Positions 8,716-18,966 are shown, counted from the stretch's first letter. The stretch: DNA of 64,000 nucleotides from an uncultured delta proteobacterium (GCA_963806225.1 CAWDXG010000001.1:608001-672000), one strand, 5' to 3'. The notes: generated from the letters alone by a model not told the origin. Made by a program: numbers and translations.

Positions 8716-9828
8716 TCAGCGGCCGCTGCTGTTCACGCCCGGCTCCGGCGACGGGGCCTGCTGGGGCGGGGCCTGCTGGGGGCTCGGGTTCGGCGCTTCC
8801 GACTGCACGCCTTTCGGCAGGGGCGTCGGCTTCAGGTCGAACGTCGACTTCGACTTCGACTTCGGCAGCTCGGGCGCGGCGGTCGGGAGCGGCGCGGTCT
8901 TCTTCCCGCCCAGCGAGTTCATCGTGTGCGGCTTCGGCGCTGGGGCGCTCTTGGCCGGCGGCGCGCTCTTCGCGGGCTCTGGGGGACTGGGGTGTAGCGC
9001 CGCCGAGGCCGCGCTCCGGGCCTGCTGCACGCGGGCGGCGTGATCGCCGTCGGGATCGAGCTGGCGCGCGGCGTCCAGGCCATCGAGGCAGCTCTGCCAG
9101 CGCCGGGCCGCGCAATCTTCCAGGGCGGCGCGCCTCAGCGAGCCGGCGCGCTCCAGCGGCGTCGGCTTGTGGGTCGGCTCATGCGCGATCTGCTGGGGAC
9201 TGGCCGGCGCCGTGTGCTTCTTCCACAGCTTCCAGAACAGCAGCGAGAGCCCGACCAGGGCGGCCACGGCCGCCAGCTCGGCCGCCCAGCGCCCGCGGAA
9301 ATGGCGGCGCAGCCTGGAGACCCGCTGCCGGATCCGCGGCGCGGGCAAGCTGGCCTCCGCGGCGATGCTCTCCAGCTTGTCGCCCTCGGCCTCGCGCAGC
9401 GCCCACTCCAGGGTGCGGTCGGCGCCCTCGCCGTCGGGCAGCTCGCGCTCCGCCCACCGCAACAGGTCGCGCGCGCTGTGGGGGGCGCTCTCGGCGGGCA
9501 CCTCGTCGCCGTGCCCCGGCTCCTGGGGCAGCTCGCGGCGCCCGCGCCGGAAGAAGTCGGCGATCTTGTTGCGGGCGATGCGATAGAGCCAGCGGTCGAG
9601 CTCCGCCGGATCGTCCGGTGTCTTCGGCGAGACCAGCGCATCGGCGAGCGTGGTCTGCACGATGTCCTCCACCTCCGACTCCGGGACGCGCGGCCGGACG
9701 AAGCGCAGCAGCGCCGCTCTCCGCGCCGGATCGGCCAGGAGAGCGCGGGCCCCGGGCGGCGGCTCCGGAGTGCCGGAAGAGCCGGAAATAGGCGGATCGT
9801 CGGGTGTGGAGGTCGTGCTCGCGGGCAT
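8716..9828 (-). CDS. ECF-type sigma factor fused to a TM helix and extracytoplasmic TPR-like/Pro-rich extension
   Basis: Region 2 (EDIVQ...WLYRIARNKIADFFRR), region 4 (IAAEASL...IRQRVSRLRR), then TM LAAVAALVGLSLLFW; start could be 9843. Confidence 0.8.
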   Translation of the reverse strand: MPASTTSTPDDPPISGSSGTPEPPPGARALLADPARRAALLRFVRPRVPESEVEDIVQTTLADALVSPKTPDDPAELDRWLYRIARNKIADFFRRGRRELPQEPGHGDEVPAESAPHSARDLLRWAERELPDGEGADRTLEWALREAEGDKLESIAAEASLPAPRIRQRVSRLRRHFRGRWAAELAAVAALVGLSLLFWKLWKKHTAPASPQQIAHEPTHKPTPLERAGSLRRAALEDCAARRWQSCLDGLDAARQLDPDGDHAARVQQARSAASAALHPSPPEPAKSAPPAKSAPAPKPHTMNSLGGKKTAPLPTAAPELPKSKSKSTFDLKPTPLPKGVQSEAPNPSPQQAPPQQAPSPEPGVNSSGR

Positions 9829-10064
9829 CGGTTCTTTTCCCATGACGATCATCGCGGCAGTGCCCCGGAGTGTGACAGCCCCCGGCCGATCCGGTTGCTG
9901 CCTGCCGCACTGCTCTCCCTTGCCGGCGACCTGGAGGTCCCCGCTCTCGAGTCTATCCGAGCCCGGACGGCGTGTGTGTGCGGCGTGGCTTCCGGTGCGG
10001 GAGCTCGCTCCAAATTTGCGCTGGCGCGCTGGACCCGGAGGCGATCGCCTGCGACGCTGCAAGG

Positions 10065-11477
10065 GTGGCGATAACGTCCGGAAGCGAGAGAGCGTCGGCG
10101 CCGGAAGGGCTCGGGTCCGGTCCGCGCGCGGCGCCGGCGAGCTGGGAGATCCTCCGCATGGTGCCGGGAGGCGACGGCTTCGCGCGTCTCGGTGACGGGC
10201 GCGTCGGATTCGCAAGCGGCGCGCTGCCGGGCGACGTCATCCATCCGATCGAGATCGACGATCGTCGCAGCTACGTGCGCGCGCTCACGTGGGAGTTGGT
10301 CGAGTCGGGCCCCGAACGCGTGAGCGCGCCGTGCCCGGTCGCGGATACGTGCGGCGGTTGTGACTGGATGCACCTGTCACGCGAGGCGCAGCTCCGCGCG
10401 AAGGCGGGTGTGCTGCGCGAAGCGCTGAGCCGGACCGGTGGTTTCCGCGAGCTGCCCGAATCGCTTCCGGTCGTGAGCGCTGGTCCCGACCTGCACTACC
10501 GCGGGCGCCTGCGCGTGCACGTCGACGACGCGGGACGCATCGGTCTGTTCGCGAGGCGCAGCCACCAGCTGATCGAGGTTCCCGGTTGTCCGGTGAGCCT
10601 GCCGGCGGTCGAGCAAGCGCTTCCGGCCTTGCGCGAAGCAGCGGCGCGACATCCGGGCGCTCTGTCGGCGCTGTCGGCGATCGAGATCCGCACGGCTCCT
10701 TCCGGCCCGCCGCTGGCGCTGGAGCTCGTGCCGCGCGACGGTCACCAGACGCTGCCGGCAAGCACCGCCGCCTTCCGCGACGAGCTCGCGGAAAAGTTCG
10801 CGGTCGGCGTCGAGCGCGAGCCGCAGGCGCGCCACGCTCCCGAGCCGGGCGACGAGCAGCGCTGGCCGCTTCCGGGCGGCGTGGAGCTATCGGCGCCGCT
10901 GGAGGCCTTTACGCAGGTCAACTGGAGCGTGAACAACGAGATGGTGCGCGCGGTGCTGGACGGAGCTCGCGAGCGGAACCTTGCCAGCTTCTGCGACCTG
11001 TACTGCGGGGCGGGCAATTTCGCGCTGCCGCTGCTTTCGGCGGGTCTGACCGGCATCGGGATCGACCGCGAACAGGCGGGCATCGAGGCAGCCCGTCGCT
11101 CGGCGCGCAGCGCAGGTCTGCCCGACTCGGGATTTCTTCCCGGGGACGTCGCGCACCGTGTCCGTTCGCTGGTGCGCAAGCGCCGCCGCTTCGATCTCGT
11201 GCTGCTCGATCCGCCGCGCAGTGGCGCGCGGGACGTGCTACCGGCCGTGGCGGATCTGGCGCCGCGCTACGTCGCGGTGTGCTCCTGCGATCCGGTTACG
11301 TTGGCGCGCGACCTCCGGGCGCTCGCCCGAAGCGGCTACGAGCTGGAAAGCGTGACCGGGTTCGACATGTTCCCGCACACGCACCATGTGGAAGCGTTGG
11401 CCTGGATGCGGCGCAAGGCGGAAGGCGGCGAGCACGCGATCAGCGCCTGGGAGCGCGAGCCGCGCAGCAATCGCTAG
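10065..11477 (+). CDS. rlmD: 23S rRNA (uracil-C5)-methyltransferase RlmD/TrmA family (start uncertain, 10065-10158)
   Basis: TRAM domain, C..ADTCGGC Fe-S motif, FTQVN, DLYCGAGNF, DPPRSG, SCDP.TLARD, DMFPHTHHVE. Confidence 0.9.
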   Translation: MAITSGSERASAPEGLGSGPRAAPASWEILRMVPGGDGFARLGDGRVGFASGALPGDVIHPIEIDDRRSYVRALTWELVESGPERVSAPCPVADTCGGCDWMHLSREAQLRAKAGVLREALSRTGGFRELPESLPVVSAGPDLHYRGRLRVHVDDAGRIGLFARRSHQLIEVPGCPVSLPAVEQALPALREAAARHPGALSALSAIEIRTAPSGPPLALELVPRDGHQTLPASTAAFRDELAEKFAVGVEREPQARHAPEPGDEQRWPLPGGVELSAPLEAFTQVNWSVNNEMVRAVLDGARERNLASFCDLYCGAGNFALPLLSAGLTGIGIDREQAGIEAARRSARSAGLPDSGFLPGDVAHRVRSLVRKRRRFDLVLLDPPRSGARDVLPAVADLAPRYVAVCSCDPVTLARDLRALARSGYELESVTGFDMFPHTHHVEALAWMRRKAEGGEHAISAWEREPRSNR

Positions 11478-11501
11478 GTCCTGTCGGAAGGGGATGTGGA
11501 G

Positions 11502-12218
11502 ATGAGCGAACAGCCGAGCGCGGTGGTGATCGGAATTGGTCCGGGCCTGGGTGCCGCCGTGGCGCGGCGCTTCGCGCGCGGCGGCTACGCTGTCGGATTG
11601 ATGGCGCGCGGCGCCGACAAGCTCGAGCCGGTGGAGCGCGAGATCGCGGAGGCGGGCGGCCGCGCCGTGTCGGTGCCGGCGGACGCCTCGAATCCCCGCT
11701 CGCTGGCCGAGGCGTTCGCGCGGGTCAGGAGCGCTCTCGGCAAGCCCGAGGTGCTCGTGTACAACGCCGGCGCCTTCCAGATGGGTGGCCTGCTGGAGCT
11801 CGAACCCGAGGTATTCGAGCAGTGCTGGCGGGTGAACTGCGCGGGCGCGCTATACGCAGCGCAGCAGGTGCTGCCGGACATGGTCGCGGCGGGGCGCGGC
11901 AGCGTGCTCTTCACGGGAGCGACGGCCGCGCTGCGCGGTGGCGCGCGCTTCGCGGGGCTGGCGGTCGGCAAGTTCGGCCTGCGCGCGCTCGCGCAGTCGA
12001 TGGCGCGCGAGTTCGGGGCGCAGGGCGTCCACGTGGCCCATGTCGTCATCGACGGCCAGATCGACAGCCCGCGCGTCCGCGGCATGATGCCCAATCGAGC
12101 CACGGAGACGTTCCTCGCCCCCGACGACATCGCCGAGACGTACTGGCAGCTGCACCAGCAGAAGCCCAGCACCTGGACGCTCGAGCTCGACCTCAGGCCG
12201 CACGTCGAGAAGTTCTAG
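11502..12218 (+). CDS. SDR family oxidoreductase
   Basis: GIGPGLG, YNAG, TGATA, KFGLRALAQS, HVVIDG. Confidence 0.92.
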   Translation: MSEQPSAVVIGIGPGLGAAVARRFARGGYAVGLMARGADKLEPVEREIAEAGGRAVSVPADASNPRSLAEAFARVRSALGKPEVLVYNAGAFQMGGLLELEPEVFEQCWRVNCAGALYAAQQVLPDMVAAGRGSVLFTGATAALRGGARFAGLAVGKFGLRALAQSMAREFGAQGVHVAHVVIDGQIDSPRVRGMMPNRATETFLAPDDIAETYWQLHQQKPSTWTLELDLRPHVEKF

Positions 12219-12291
12219 GAGGCGAAGGCCGCGGGCCGCCGCCGCCATGGGTACTGCTGCATGGCGAGGCTCGGGGTGCTGAACTCGCGGC

Positions 12292-13587
12292 TCAGGACCG
12301 CGCGTCGCGTGCGCCAGGGCCGCACAGCACCGGACGTGCACCCGGGGGAGCGAAGTGCCGGTCGACGATGTTGCGTGCGTGCGCCACCACGGCCTCGACG
12401 ATCGGAAACGAGAAGACCTCTCCGGTGTAGAAGGTGCGCTGATGCCCCTGGAGCGCCTCGAGCCGCTCCTGGAATCCAGCGCCCAGCTCCGCGCTGCCGA
12501 CGTGGGGGAAATAGTGCCAGGGCCTGGACAGCTCGATCCGCTCCACCGTGCCGCCGTGCCGCTGCACCACACGGCGCACTCCGGCCTCGATGCGCTCGCC
12601 GTCGTCAGCTCCGGTGCCGAAGGCATAGAAGAAGACCAGGTCGCTCTCCGGCCAGCGTCGATAGGCGAACATCGGCTGTCCCACGGCTTCGCGCTCGAGG
12701 TGCTCCTCCCAGAACATGTAGCGAGCGCGTGGGAAGTTCCGCACGATGGCGCCCACGGAGTAGTACGGGCAGTAGCGGATGCGCTCGATCAGACCGTGTT
12801 CCTCGGGGCTCGCCTCGAGGAACGTCAGCGCGCCGTCCAGCGGGCACGCCACGATCAGTGCGTCGTACTCGCGCGTTCCGGCGTCCGTTTCAACGACCAC
12901 CCGATCGCTTTCGCGAGTGACCTTGCGGACTTCTGCACCGGTGCGCACGTCGAGCCTGCTCGCGACCCGTTGCCACAATCCGCCGTAGCCCGTGTCGAGC
13001 AACTCGTAGAACGGCGCGCGGGCAACCGTCAGGTACTTCAGGACATAGCCCGCCGGCACCTCGTCGAAGAAGCCGTAGCCGAAACCGGTGACCCAGGGCT
13101 GGAGCAGCTCGGCGACGCGCTCCATTCGCTCGTCGCGGGCCCAATCGGCGAACGGCTGATGGAGCTCCGCGTCCATGCCGTCGATACCCGGTTCGAGCAG
13201 GCGCTTGTGTCGCTTGAGCGCGCGGCGCAGACGCGCCATCTCCGGCATGACCGACAACACTCCCCTGCCGCGCAGCAGCGGCGGGAAGAAGCCGCCGCGC
13301 ACGCCCCCCTGCTCCGCAAACCAGCCGCTGACCTTCGGGCGCGCGCGCACTCCGTGCTCGCGCATCAGGTCGCGGACGTTGAGGTACGCCGTCGTCATCG
13401 CCCCGGCGCCCACCTCGTACGTGTGCCCATCGTGGAGGATCGTCCAGCACTTGCCGCCGACGCGCGAGTCGCGCTCGAGGACGTCGACCGTGCGATAGCC
13501 GTGACGGACCAGCGCATGGGCTGCGGCGAGGCCGGCCGCTCCCGCGCCGATCACGCACACGCGCGTCGTTTCCGGATCTGGAGTCAT
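12292..13587 (-). CDS. FAD-dependent oxidoreductase (flavin amine oxidase-like)
   Basis: VIGAGAAGLAAA, E...RVGGK, YEVGA; ATG at 13587. Confidence 0.88.
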   Translation of the reverse strand: MTPDPETTRVCVIGAGAAGLAAAHALVRHGYRTVDVLERDSRVGGKCWTILHDGHTYEVGAGAMTTAYLNVRDLMREHGVRARPKVSGWFAEQGGVRGGFFPPLLRGRGVLSVMPEMARLRRALKRHKRLLEPGIDGMDAELHQPFADWARDERMERVAELLQPWVTGFGYGFFDEVPAGYVLKYLTVARAPFYELLDTGYGGLWQRVASRLDVRTGAEVRKVTRESDRVVVETDAGTREYDALIVACPLDGALTFLEASPEEHGLIERIRYCPYYSVGAIVRNFPRARYMFWEEHLEREAVGQPMFAYRRWPESDLVFFYAFGTGADDGERIEAGVRRVVQRHGGTVERIELSRPWHYFPHVGSAELGAGFQERLEALQGHQRTFYTGEVFSFPIVEAVVAHARNIVDRHFAPPGARPVLCGPGARDARS

Positions 13588-13621
13588 GGTCGGACCTGGA
13601 GCACGCTCGGATTGTTTCCAG

Positions 13622-15421
13622 CTAGGCCCTGGCGCGGGAGATTTCGCTCCCCCAGGGGTGTTCGGCAAGCAGGCGATCGGCAGCCTGGCGTTTTTCTTCA
13701 TCTAGCTGTTCGGAGAACGCCTTGGCGAGCGCGACGGCGAACTCTCGCGCCGTTGACGGGCGATGCTCGCGGCGCTTGGCCAGCGCCAAGGCGAGCACAC
13801 GCTCGACATCAACGCCGACCCGCACCGCCTCGGACGGGCGTGGCGGCTGCACGAAAGCCACGTTGTACAGGGTCTGCACGCTGTCGGGTCCCATGAACGC
13901 CGGGCGCCCCGTCAGCACTCGATAGGCGACCACGCCCAGCGCGAAGACGTCGGAGCGATGATCAACGTCACCGCCGCGCGCCTGCTCCGGTGACATGTAG
14001 CTCGGGGTGCCGATCGCCGCGCCTCCGGTCAGCGTGGCCTGCCCATTGCGGAGCTTGGAGACGCCAAAGTCGAGCACCTTCCAGCGCTTGCGCGTGCCCT
14101 CGCTCGCGAGGAACAGGTTCTGCGGCTTGATGTCGCGATGCACGATGCCGTTCGACCGCGCCACTTCGAGGGCTTCGGCTACCTGCCGCACGAGCTCGAG
14201 CGTCCCCTTTTTGCTCATGCGCTTCTTCTTCCGCAAGCGTCTGGCGAGGTCCTCACCGGCCAGCAGCTCCATCGCCAGGAAGGGCGAGCCATCGTCGGCT
14301 CGCCCGGTTCCGAATAGACGCGTGACATGCGGCGAGCGGAGCGTCGCGGCGACTTCGGCTTCGCGCAGGAAACGTGTGAGCGCGCCTGGCTCGTCGAGCA
14401 TGCCCGGGTTCAGGAACTTGAGGGCAGCGGGTGTGCCGTCCGACCGCTGTGCGGCGTAGACCTCCCCCATGGCCCCGCGTCCAATCAACGAGTCCACCAT
14501 GTACCCGCCAACGGTCTGCCCGGTATAGCGACCGAGGCGCGCCGCCTGCTCCCGATCCAGGTCCGCGCGCGCTTCATCGAGCAGCGCCTGTCGTTGTTCG
14601 ATGCTTCTCGCGGCACCCTCGAGCCGCAGGAAGGCATCGCGTGTCGCCGCCCGGACGCGGTGAGCGGCCCAGAATGTTACCGCCAGGAAGAACTGCAGCT
14701 CGAGCGCGAGCACGATGAGACCCACGACATCGGGTCTATCGATCGCGACGAGACCCCGCTCCAGCGGCAGGACGCCTGCGATAGCCAGCCCGAACAGCAG
14801 CGAATAGCCCAGCGTGAAGGCCAGGTAGACGAGCCAGCCGAGTGGATTGTCGTCGCCGGAACCGTAGAAGAAGATACCGAGACACGCGGCAACGATCGTC
14901 CCGGAGAAGACTCCTACGGAGGCAGCGGCCGCGAGAACACAGGCCACGCCGCAGCACGCTTGAAACATGGCGAGCCGCCTGTCGTAGCGTTCGCGATCGC
15001 GGAATCTGAGCAGAAGCCAGAGGGTGATAGCGAGCGTGCCGCCATAGATGGCGGTACACACCGGCAGGTACGGAAGGTCTCGTGGAATCCACTCGGTAAC
15101 GAGCGCGCCTACGGCCACGATCGCCATGACCTTCATGATGGCGATGATGCGCTCGGCCTCCTCGCGCTTCAGGATCACCGTGCTGCGTGTGTGCAGCACG
15201 CGAGAGCCGCCGGTCCCCGAGGCGTCCGCGCTGAAGGTCGACCCGGATCCCGAGGCGTCCGCGCTGAAGGTCGACCCAAATCCTGAACGGCCGGCGGCAG
15301 AGCCCTCCGGCACCTCGATGACAGTGGGTGCTTCGTCCCCGGCCACATCGACAGAAGTGGGCGCTGCGTCCGCGGCCGCCGCGGAAGGGGGGGCGATGCT
15401 GTCGCTATCCAGTTCCGACAT
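13622..15421 (-). CDS. Multi-pass membrane Ser/Thr protein kinase (Hanks type, C-terminal kinase domain)
   Basis: ~6 TM helices then GRGAMG, ALK, HRDIKPQN, DFG, GTPSYMSPEQ. Confidence 0.93.
   Translation of the reverse strand: MSELDSDSIAPPSAAAADAAPTSVDVAGDEAPTVIEVPEGSAAGRSGFGSTFSADASGSGSTFSADASGTGGSRVLHTRSTVILKREEAERIIAIMKVMAIVAVGALVTEWIPRDLPYLPVCTAIYGGTLAITLWLLLRFRDRERYDRRLAMFQACCGVACVLAAAASVGVFSGTIVAACLGIFFYGSGDDNPLGWLVYLAFTLGYSLLFGLAIAGVLPLERGLVAIDRPDVVGLIVLALELQFFLAVTFWAAHRVRAATRDAFLRLEGAARSIEQRQALLDEARADLDREQAARLGRYTGQTVGGYMVDSLIGRGAMGEVYAAQRSDGTPAALKFLNPGMLDEPGALTRFLREAEVAATLRSPHVTRLFGTGRADDGSPFLAMELLAGEDLARRLRKKKRMSKKGTLELVRQVAEALEVARSNGIVHRDIKPQNLFLASEGTRKRWKVLDFGVSKLRNGQATLTGGAAIGTPSYMSPEQARGGDVDHRSDVFALGVVAYRVLTGRPAFMGPDSVQTLYNVAFVQPPRPSEAVRVGVDVERVLALALAKRREHRPSTAREFAVALAKAFSEQLDEEKRQAADRLLAEHPWGSEISRARA
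15216..15277 (-). repeat. 33-bp-period tandem duplication encoding GSTFSADASG x2
   Basis: cccgaggcgtccgcgctgaaggtcgaccc at 15216 and 15249. Confidence 0.9.
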
Positions 15422-15739
15422 TTGCCTGTTCAACCCCGACTGCGGTTGGTCGCGACCACCACGTGTCGGGAGGCACCCGTCCCCGGCGTGTCGGTTTGCC
15501 CGACGCCACCGGGGTCATGGCGATAGTAGCTCGCCGCCGCACTTCGGGGCTACTGGCAAGCGTTGGCCTGCGGCACCCGGGGCTGGCTAGGCTGGAATCG
15601 GCGCACATCGAGCGCGGGCGTGCTTTGGCCCGCCCAGACGACATCGACGTAGCGCTCGAGCTCGCTGCCGGCGTCCGGAAGCGACCGCCCTTGCACCGAC
15701 GTGTCCAGCGCGTTCGCCGGAATCGTCGGCGAGCGGGCG

Positions 15740-16282
15740 CTAGAAGGCGAAGTCCGCCGGGCGCGGGCCGCCGCCGCCGTGCCGGCCGCGGTACTGCTGC
15801 ATGGCCTGGTGCAGGCGGCGCTGCATGCGGCGCAGTGCGACGGCCAGCTTGGCCTGCTGCTTGGGCGTGAGCAGGCGGCTGACCTCGTTGATCTCGCGAT
15901 CGCGCAGCGCATCGAGCTGCTTCTTGGCGCTGCGCATGCCGGCGATCTCGCGGCGGTAGGCGTTCTGGTCGTTGCTGTCCGCCTTGAGCAGCTTGCCGAT
16001 GGCCTGGCGGTGCGCGCGCATCTGCTTCTGCAGCGCCTGGCGCTTGGGGCGATAGCGATCGAGGATGCCCTCGACCAGTCGGGCGTGCTTCTCGTCGAGG
16101 CCCACGCGCTTGCGCAGGACCTCGCCGCGGATCTTCTTCAGCCGCGCTTCGATCTTGGCGCGCTTCTGGGCCTTCGCCTGGGTGGCGGCGGGCGGAGCGC
16201 CGGGACGCGCGAGGGCGGGCGCGGCCACGGAGAGCGCCAGGGCTGCGGGCAGGACGAAGCGGGCGATGCGGGTCTGGAACAT
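15740..16282 (-). CDS. Spy/CpxP family periplasmic chaperone/sensor-like protein
   Basis: Signal peptide, basic helical body, LLTPKQQAK (LTxxQ motif). Confidence 0.8.
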   Translation of the reverse strand: MFQTRIARFVLPAALALSVAAPALARPGAPPAATQAKAQKRAKIEARLKKIRGEVLRKRVGLDEKHARLVEGILDRYRPKRQALQKQMRAHRQAIGKLLKADSNDQNAYRREIAGMRSAKKQLDALRDREINEVSRLLTPKQQAKLAVALRRMQRRLHQAMQQYRGRHGGGGPRPADFAF

Positions 16283-16346
16283 GATGGGCTCCTGGGAAGC
16301 GGGATTCCGTGGAATTGATGCCGCGCGGGGCGCAGGCGTTAGAGCG

Positions 16347-16853
16347 TCAACCTCCGCTCTTCAGCACGCTGTCCGTCGCGTACAGCCAGGCGTCGAGGTC
16401 GTCGTCCTGCGACGGGCCGTAGAGCGGGTCGAGGCTGATGGCGGCGGTCGCCGTCGCGTCGCTGTCATCGAATGCTGCGGCCAGATCAGCCGTGTCGGAG
16501 TCGCCGGTCGCTGCCGGAGCTGCTGGAGTCGCGGGAGCCGTCGGTGTCTTGGCGACCTTCTCCGGCACATGCGCTACCAGGGCCGGATGCGTCGCGCCGG
16601 ACGCCACGGCCCCTGCGCGCGGGTGCTTCAACGAGGGAGACAGCACGAACACCAGCGCGGCCACGGCCGCGGCCATGCCCGGCGCCCAGAAAAAGAGCGA
16701 GTGCCAACGCGGACGCCGCTTCACGTGCGCCGGGATGTCGGCGGCGCGCGCGCTCAGTTTGGTCAGCGTCGGGCCGGACGGCTTGTCGGCCGTGGCGTCG
16801 AACAGCTGCAGGAGCTCCTGCTCTTCATCGTGGACGGGCTGGTCCGGTTTCAT
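16347..16853 (-). CDS. Putative single-TM anti-sigma factor
   Basis: 4-bp overlap with the ECF gene; short cytoplasmic N-terminus, one TM, acidic external tail. Confidence 0.7.
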   Translation of the reverse strand: MKPDQPVHDEEQELLQLFDATADKPSGPTLTKLSARAADIPAHVKRRPRWHSLFFWAPGMAAAVAALVFVLSPSLKHPRAGAVASGATHPALVAHVPEKVAKTPTAPATPAAPAATGDSDTADLAAAFDDSDATATAAISLDPLYGPSQDDDLDAWLYATDSVLKSGG

Positions 16854-17473
16854 GATTCCTGCTCCCCGGTGGCGACGACTTCACCGAGCTTTTCGCGTAG
16901 CTCCTTGAGTGCCAGGTGCACGAGCACGCGTGCCGAGCCCTCGGTCGAACCGACGGCCTTCGCGATTTCGTCGTACGACATGCCGGCGTCGAGCCTGAGC
17001 ATCGCGACCTCGCGCCGCTTCTTCGGCAGGCTCGACAGTACCTCGCGGATGCGGGCGCGCGTCCGCGCCGCATCGAGCAGCTCGCCGGGACCCGCCGGAT
17101 GCTCGGGCGTGTCCGCGACCTCTTCGCGAACCCTGCGGCGGCGCTCGCCGCGCAGCAGGGTGTGGGCCTTGCGGACGGCGATGGCCGCCAAGAACGCCTT
17201 GAGCGAGGTACCGGGCTGGTAGCGGTCGAGCCGTTGGTAGGCGACGGTGAGCGCTTCCTGCACCGCGTCCTCGGCGAGCGCTGCACCGCCGCAGGCGCGC
17301 GCCGCGATGCGGTAGAGCATCGACAGGTGGGGCTGCACCAGCGAAGCGAAGGCGCGACCGTCACCATCGAGGGCGCGGGCGACGAGCTCGTGCTCGACGG
17401 ACAAGGTGGGGCCTTTTTCGCAAGCCTTTGCGGGCAGCGCCAGGGACAGGGCGGTGGGAGCGCTCGTCGACAT
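16850..17473 (-). CDS. ECF RNA polymerase sigma factor
   Basis: GD.RAF..LV, AEDAVQEAL, LP.KRREV..LR...GMSYDEIA. Confidence 0.93.
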   Translation of the reverse strand: MSTSAPTALSLALPAKACEKGPTLSVEHELVARALDGDGRAFASLVQPHLSMLYRIAARACGGAALAEDAVQEALTVAYQRLDRYQPGTSLKAFLAAIAVRKAHTLLRGERRRRVREEVADTPEHPAGPGELLDAARTRARIREVLSSLPKKRREVAMLRLDAGMSYDEIAKAVGSTEGSARVLVHLALKELREKLGEVVATGEQES

Positions 17474-17584
17474 GCCACCCGTGCATGTCCGGCGCTCGCT
17501 ACTGCGTTAAAACGTGTAGGAAATGCCTGACATTACGGATAGATGGCGCGGCGGAACCCGGGGCGCGGCAGCGCGCCCGCGGCC

Positions 17585-18892
17585 TCACATCGCCCAGTAC
17601 TTCTCGTCGTCCAGGCCGTCTTCGCGCTCGGGCAGCCCGCGGGTGAGCCTCGGCGACGACTGCACGAGCACCTCGTAGCTCACGCGGTTGGCGTAGCGGC
17701 AGACCTGGCTCATGGACGAATAGGTCAAGAAATCACGGACGTGCTTGGCCGAGCTGGGCACGCGCGCGCGGTGATAGCAGTTCGCCGAGATGTCGTGCAG
17801 GAGCGCCGACAGCGCGGCGTCCCCCGCGCCGTTCGCGCTGGTGATCTGCCCCGGGCCGCCGTGGTAGGGCGCGATGTGCGCGAACACCTTCACGGGAGTT
17901 TCGCACGCTTGTCGGAGCATGGGCCGGCTGAACTCGTAGCGGTTGAACTCGGCGATCGCGCCGGGCAGGAGCGGATAGCGCGTCTGGCGCTTCGCCGCGT
18001 CGTCGGTGTAGCCGGCGAGGTAGAGACCGATCGGGCCTGCTGTGCACAGCACGAGGTCGGCCCACTCCAGCGCGCGTTCGCACGCGAGCAGCGGATCCTC
18101 CGCACGCGTCAGCGCCTCGCCCTCTTCTTCATTCATGGCGAGGATGTCCACGCTCTCCGCGATGAAGCTCTGCCAGAACTCCGGCCGCTCGGCGATGACG
18201 AAGCGGGTGCCCAGGGTGAGCACCACCGGCACGCCGTTCTTCTTCGCGAGCGACACGGCGCGCCGCGTCGCCTCCGGCATCGGTTCGCCGTCGCCCGCCC
18301 GCATCAAGTACGCGGAGATGACCAGGGCGGCGGCGCTGTCGAAGATCGACTCCGGCACGCTTTCGGGGGAAAACTGATTCATCCTCCCCGCGCTGATGGC
18401 GAAGGTGCGCTCGCCATCGGGCGTGATCAGAGCGAAGCAGCGACCGATAGGGCCGTCGACGGGCTGCAGATGGTCGAGGCTCACGCGGCTCGAGGTGCTC
18501 GACAGATAGCGATAGCCCGAGGTGCCAAAGCGGATCGGGTCGCTCATCACGCCGAGCAGGATGGCCGCGTCGTCGGCGAGGAGCGAGTAGTTGTGCAGCG
18601 TGTTGCCCACGGTTCCGCCGGCGAACTCGTAGGCGATCTGCCCGCTGGCAAACAGCTCGTCGTAGAGCGCGAGCGCGCGCTCGTCAGGAACGACGGTGGA
18701 GCCGCCCTTCGGGAGCTCGTAGCGTGCAAGCAGCTCGTCGGAGACGCGCGCGTCGATGTCGACCAGCGTCTGGTCGATGCCCACGATGTGGATCTTCGCT
18801 TCCGGGGCGTCGAGGCCCGCGTGATGGAGCAGCGGGTCCCGCTCGTGGACCGGAAAGTAGTGCTTGTGCTTGCGTCGTCCGGGAAAGCGCAC
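17585..18892 (-). CDS. gsk: Inosine/guanosine kinase
   Basis: GTG start gives MRFPGRRKHKHYFPV..RDPLL, like the E. coli Gsk N-terminus; GIDQTLVDI, GGT.GNT.HNYS, NGAGD.AL; 435 aa. Confidence 0.93.
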   Translation of the reverse strand: MRFPGRRKHKHYFPVHERDPLLHHAGLDAPEAKIHIVGIDQTLVDIDARVSDELLARYELPKGGSTVVPDERALALYDELFASGQIAYEFAGGTVGNTLHNYSLLADDAAILLGVMSDPIRFGTSGYRYLSSTSSRVSLDHLQPVDGPIGRCFALITPDGERTFAISAGRMNQFSPESVPESIFDSAAALVISAYLMRAGDGEPMPEATRRAVSLAKKNGVPVVLTLGTRFVIAERPEFWQSFIAESVDILAMNEEEGEALTRAEDPLLACERALEWADLVLCTAGPIGLYLAGYTDDAAKRQTRYPLLPGAIAEFNRYEFSRPMLRQACETPVKVFAHIAPYHGGPGQITSANGAGDAALSALLHDISANCYHRARVPSSAKHVRDFLTYSSMSQVCRYANRVSYEVLVQSSPRLTRGLPEREDGLDDEKYWAM

Positions 18893-18966
18893 CAGGCCTC
18901 GTTTCCGGCCGAGTCTACCAGATAGGCGGCGCGCATCGACCGCCGAGAGAGCGAGTTCGCGTCTGG

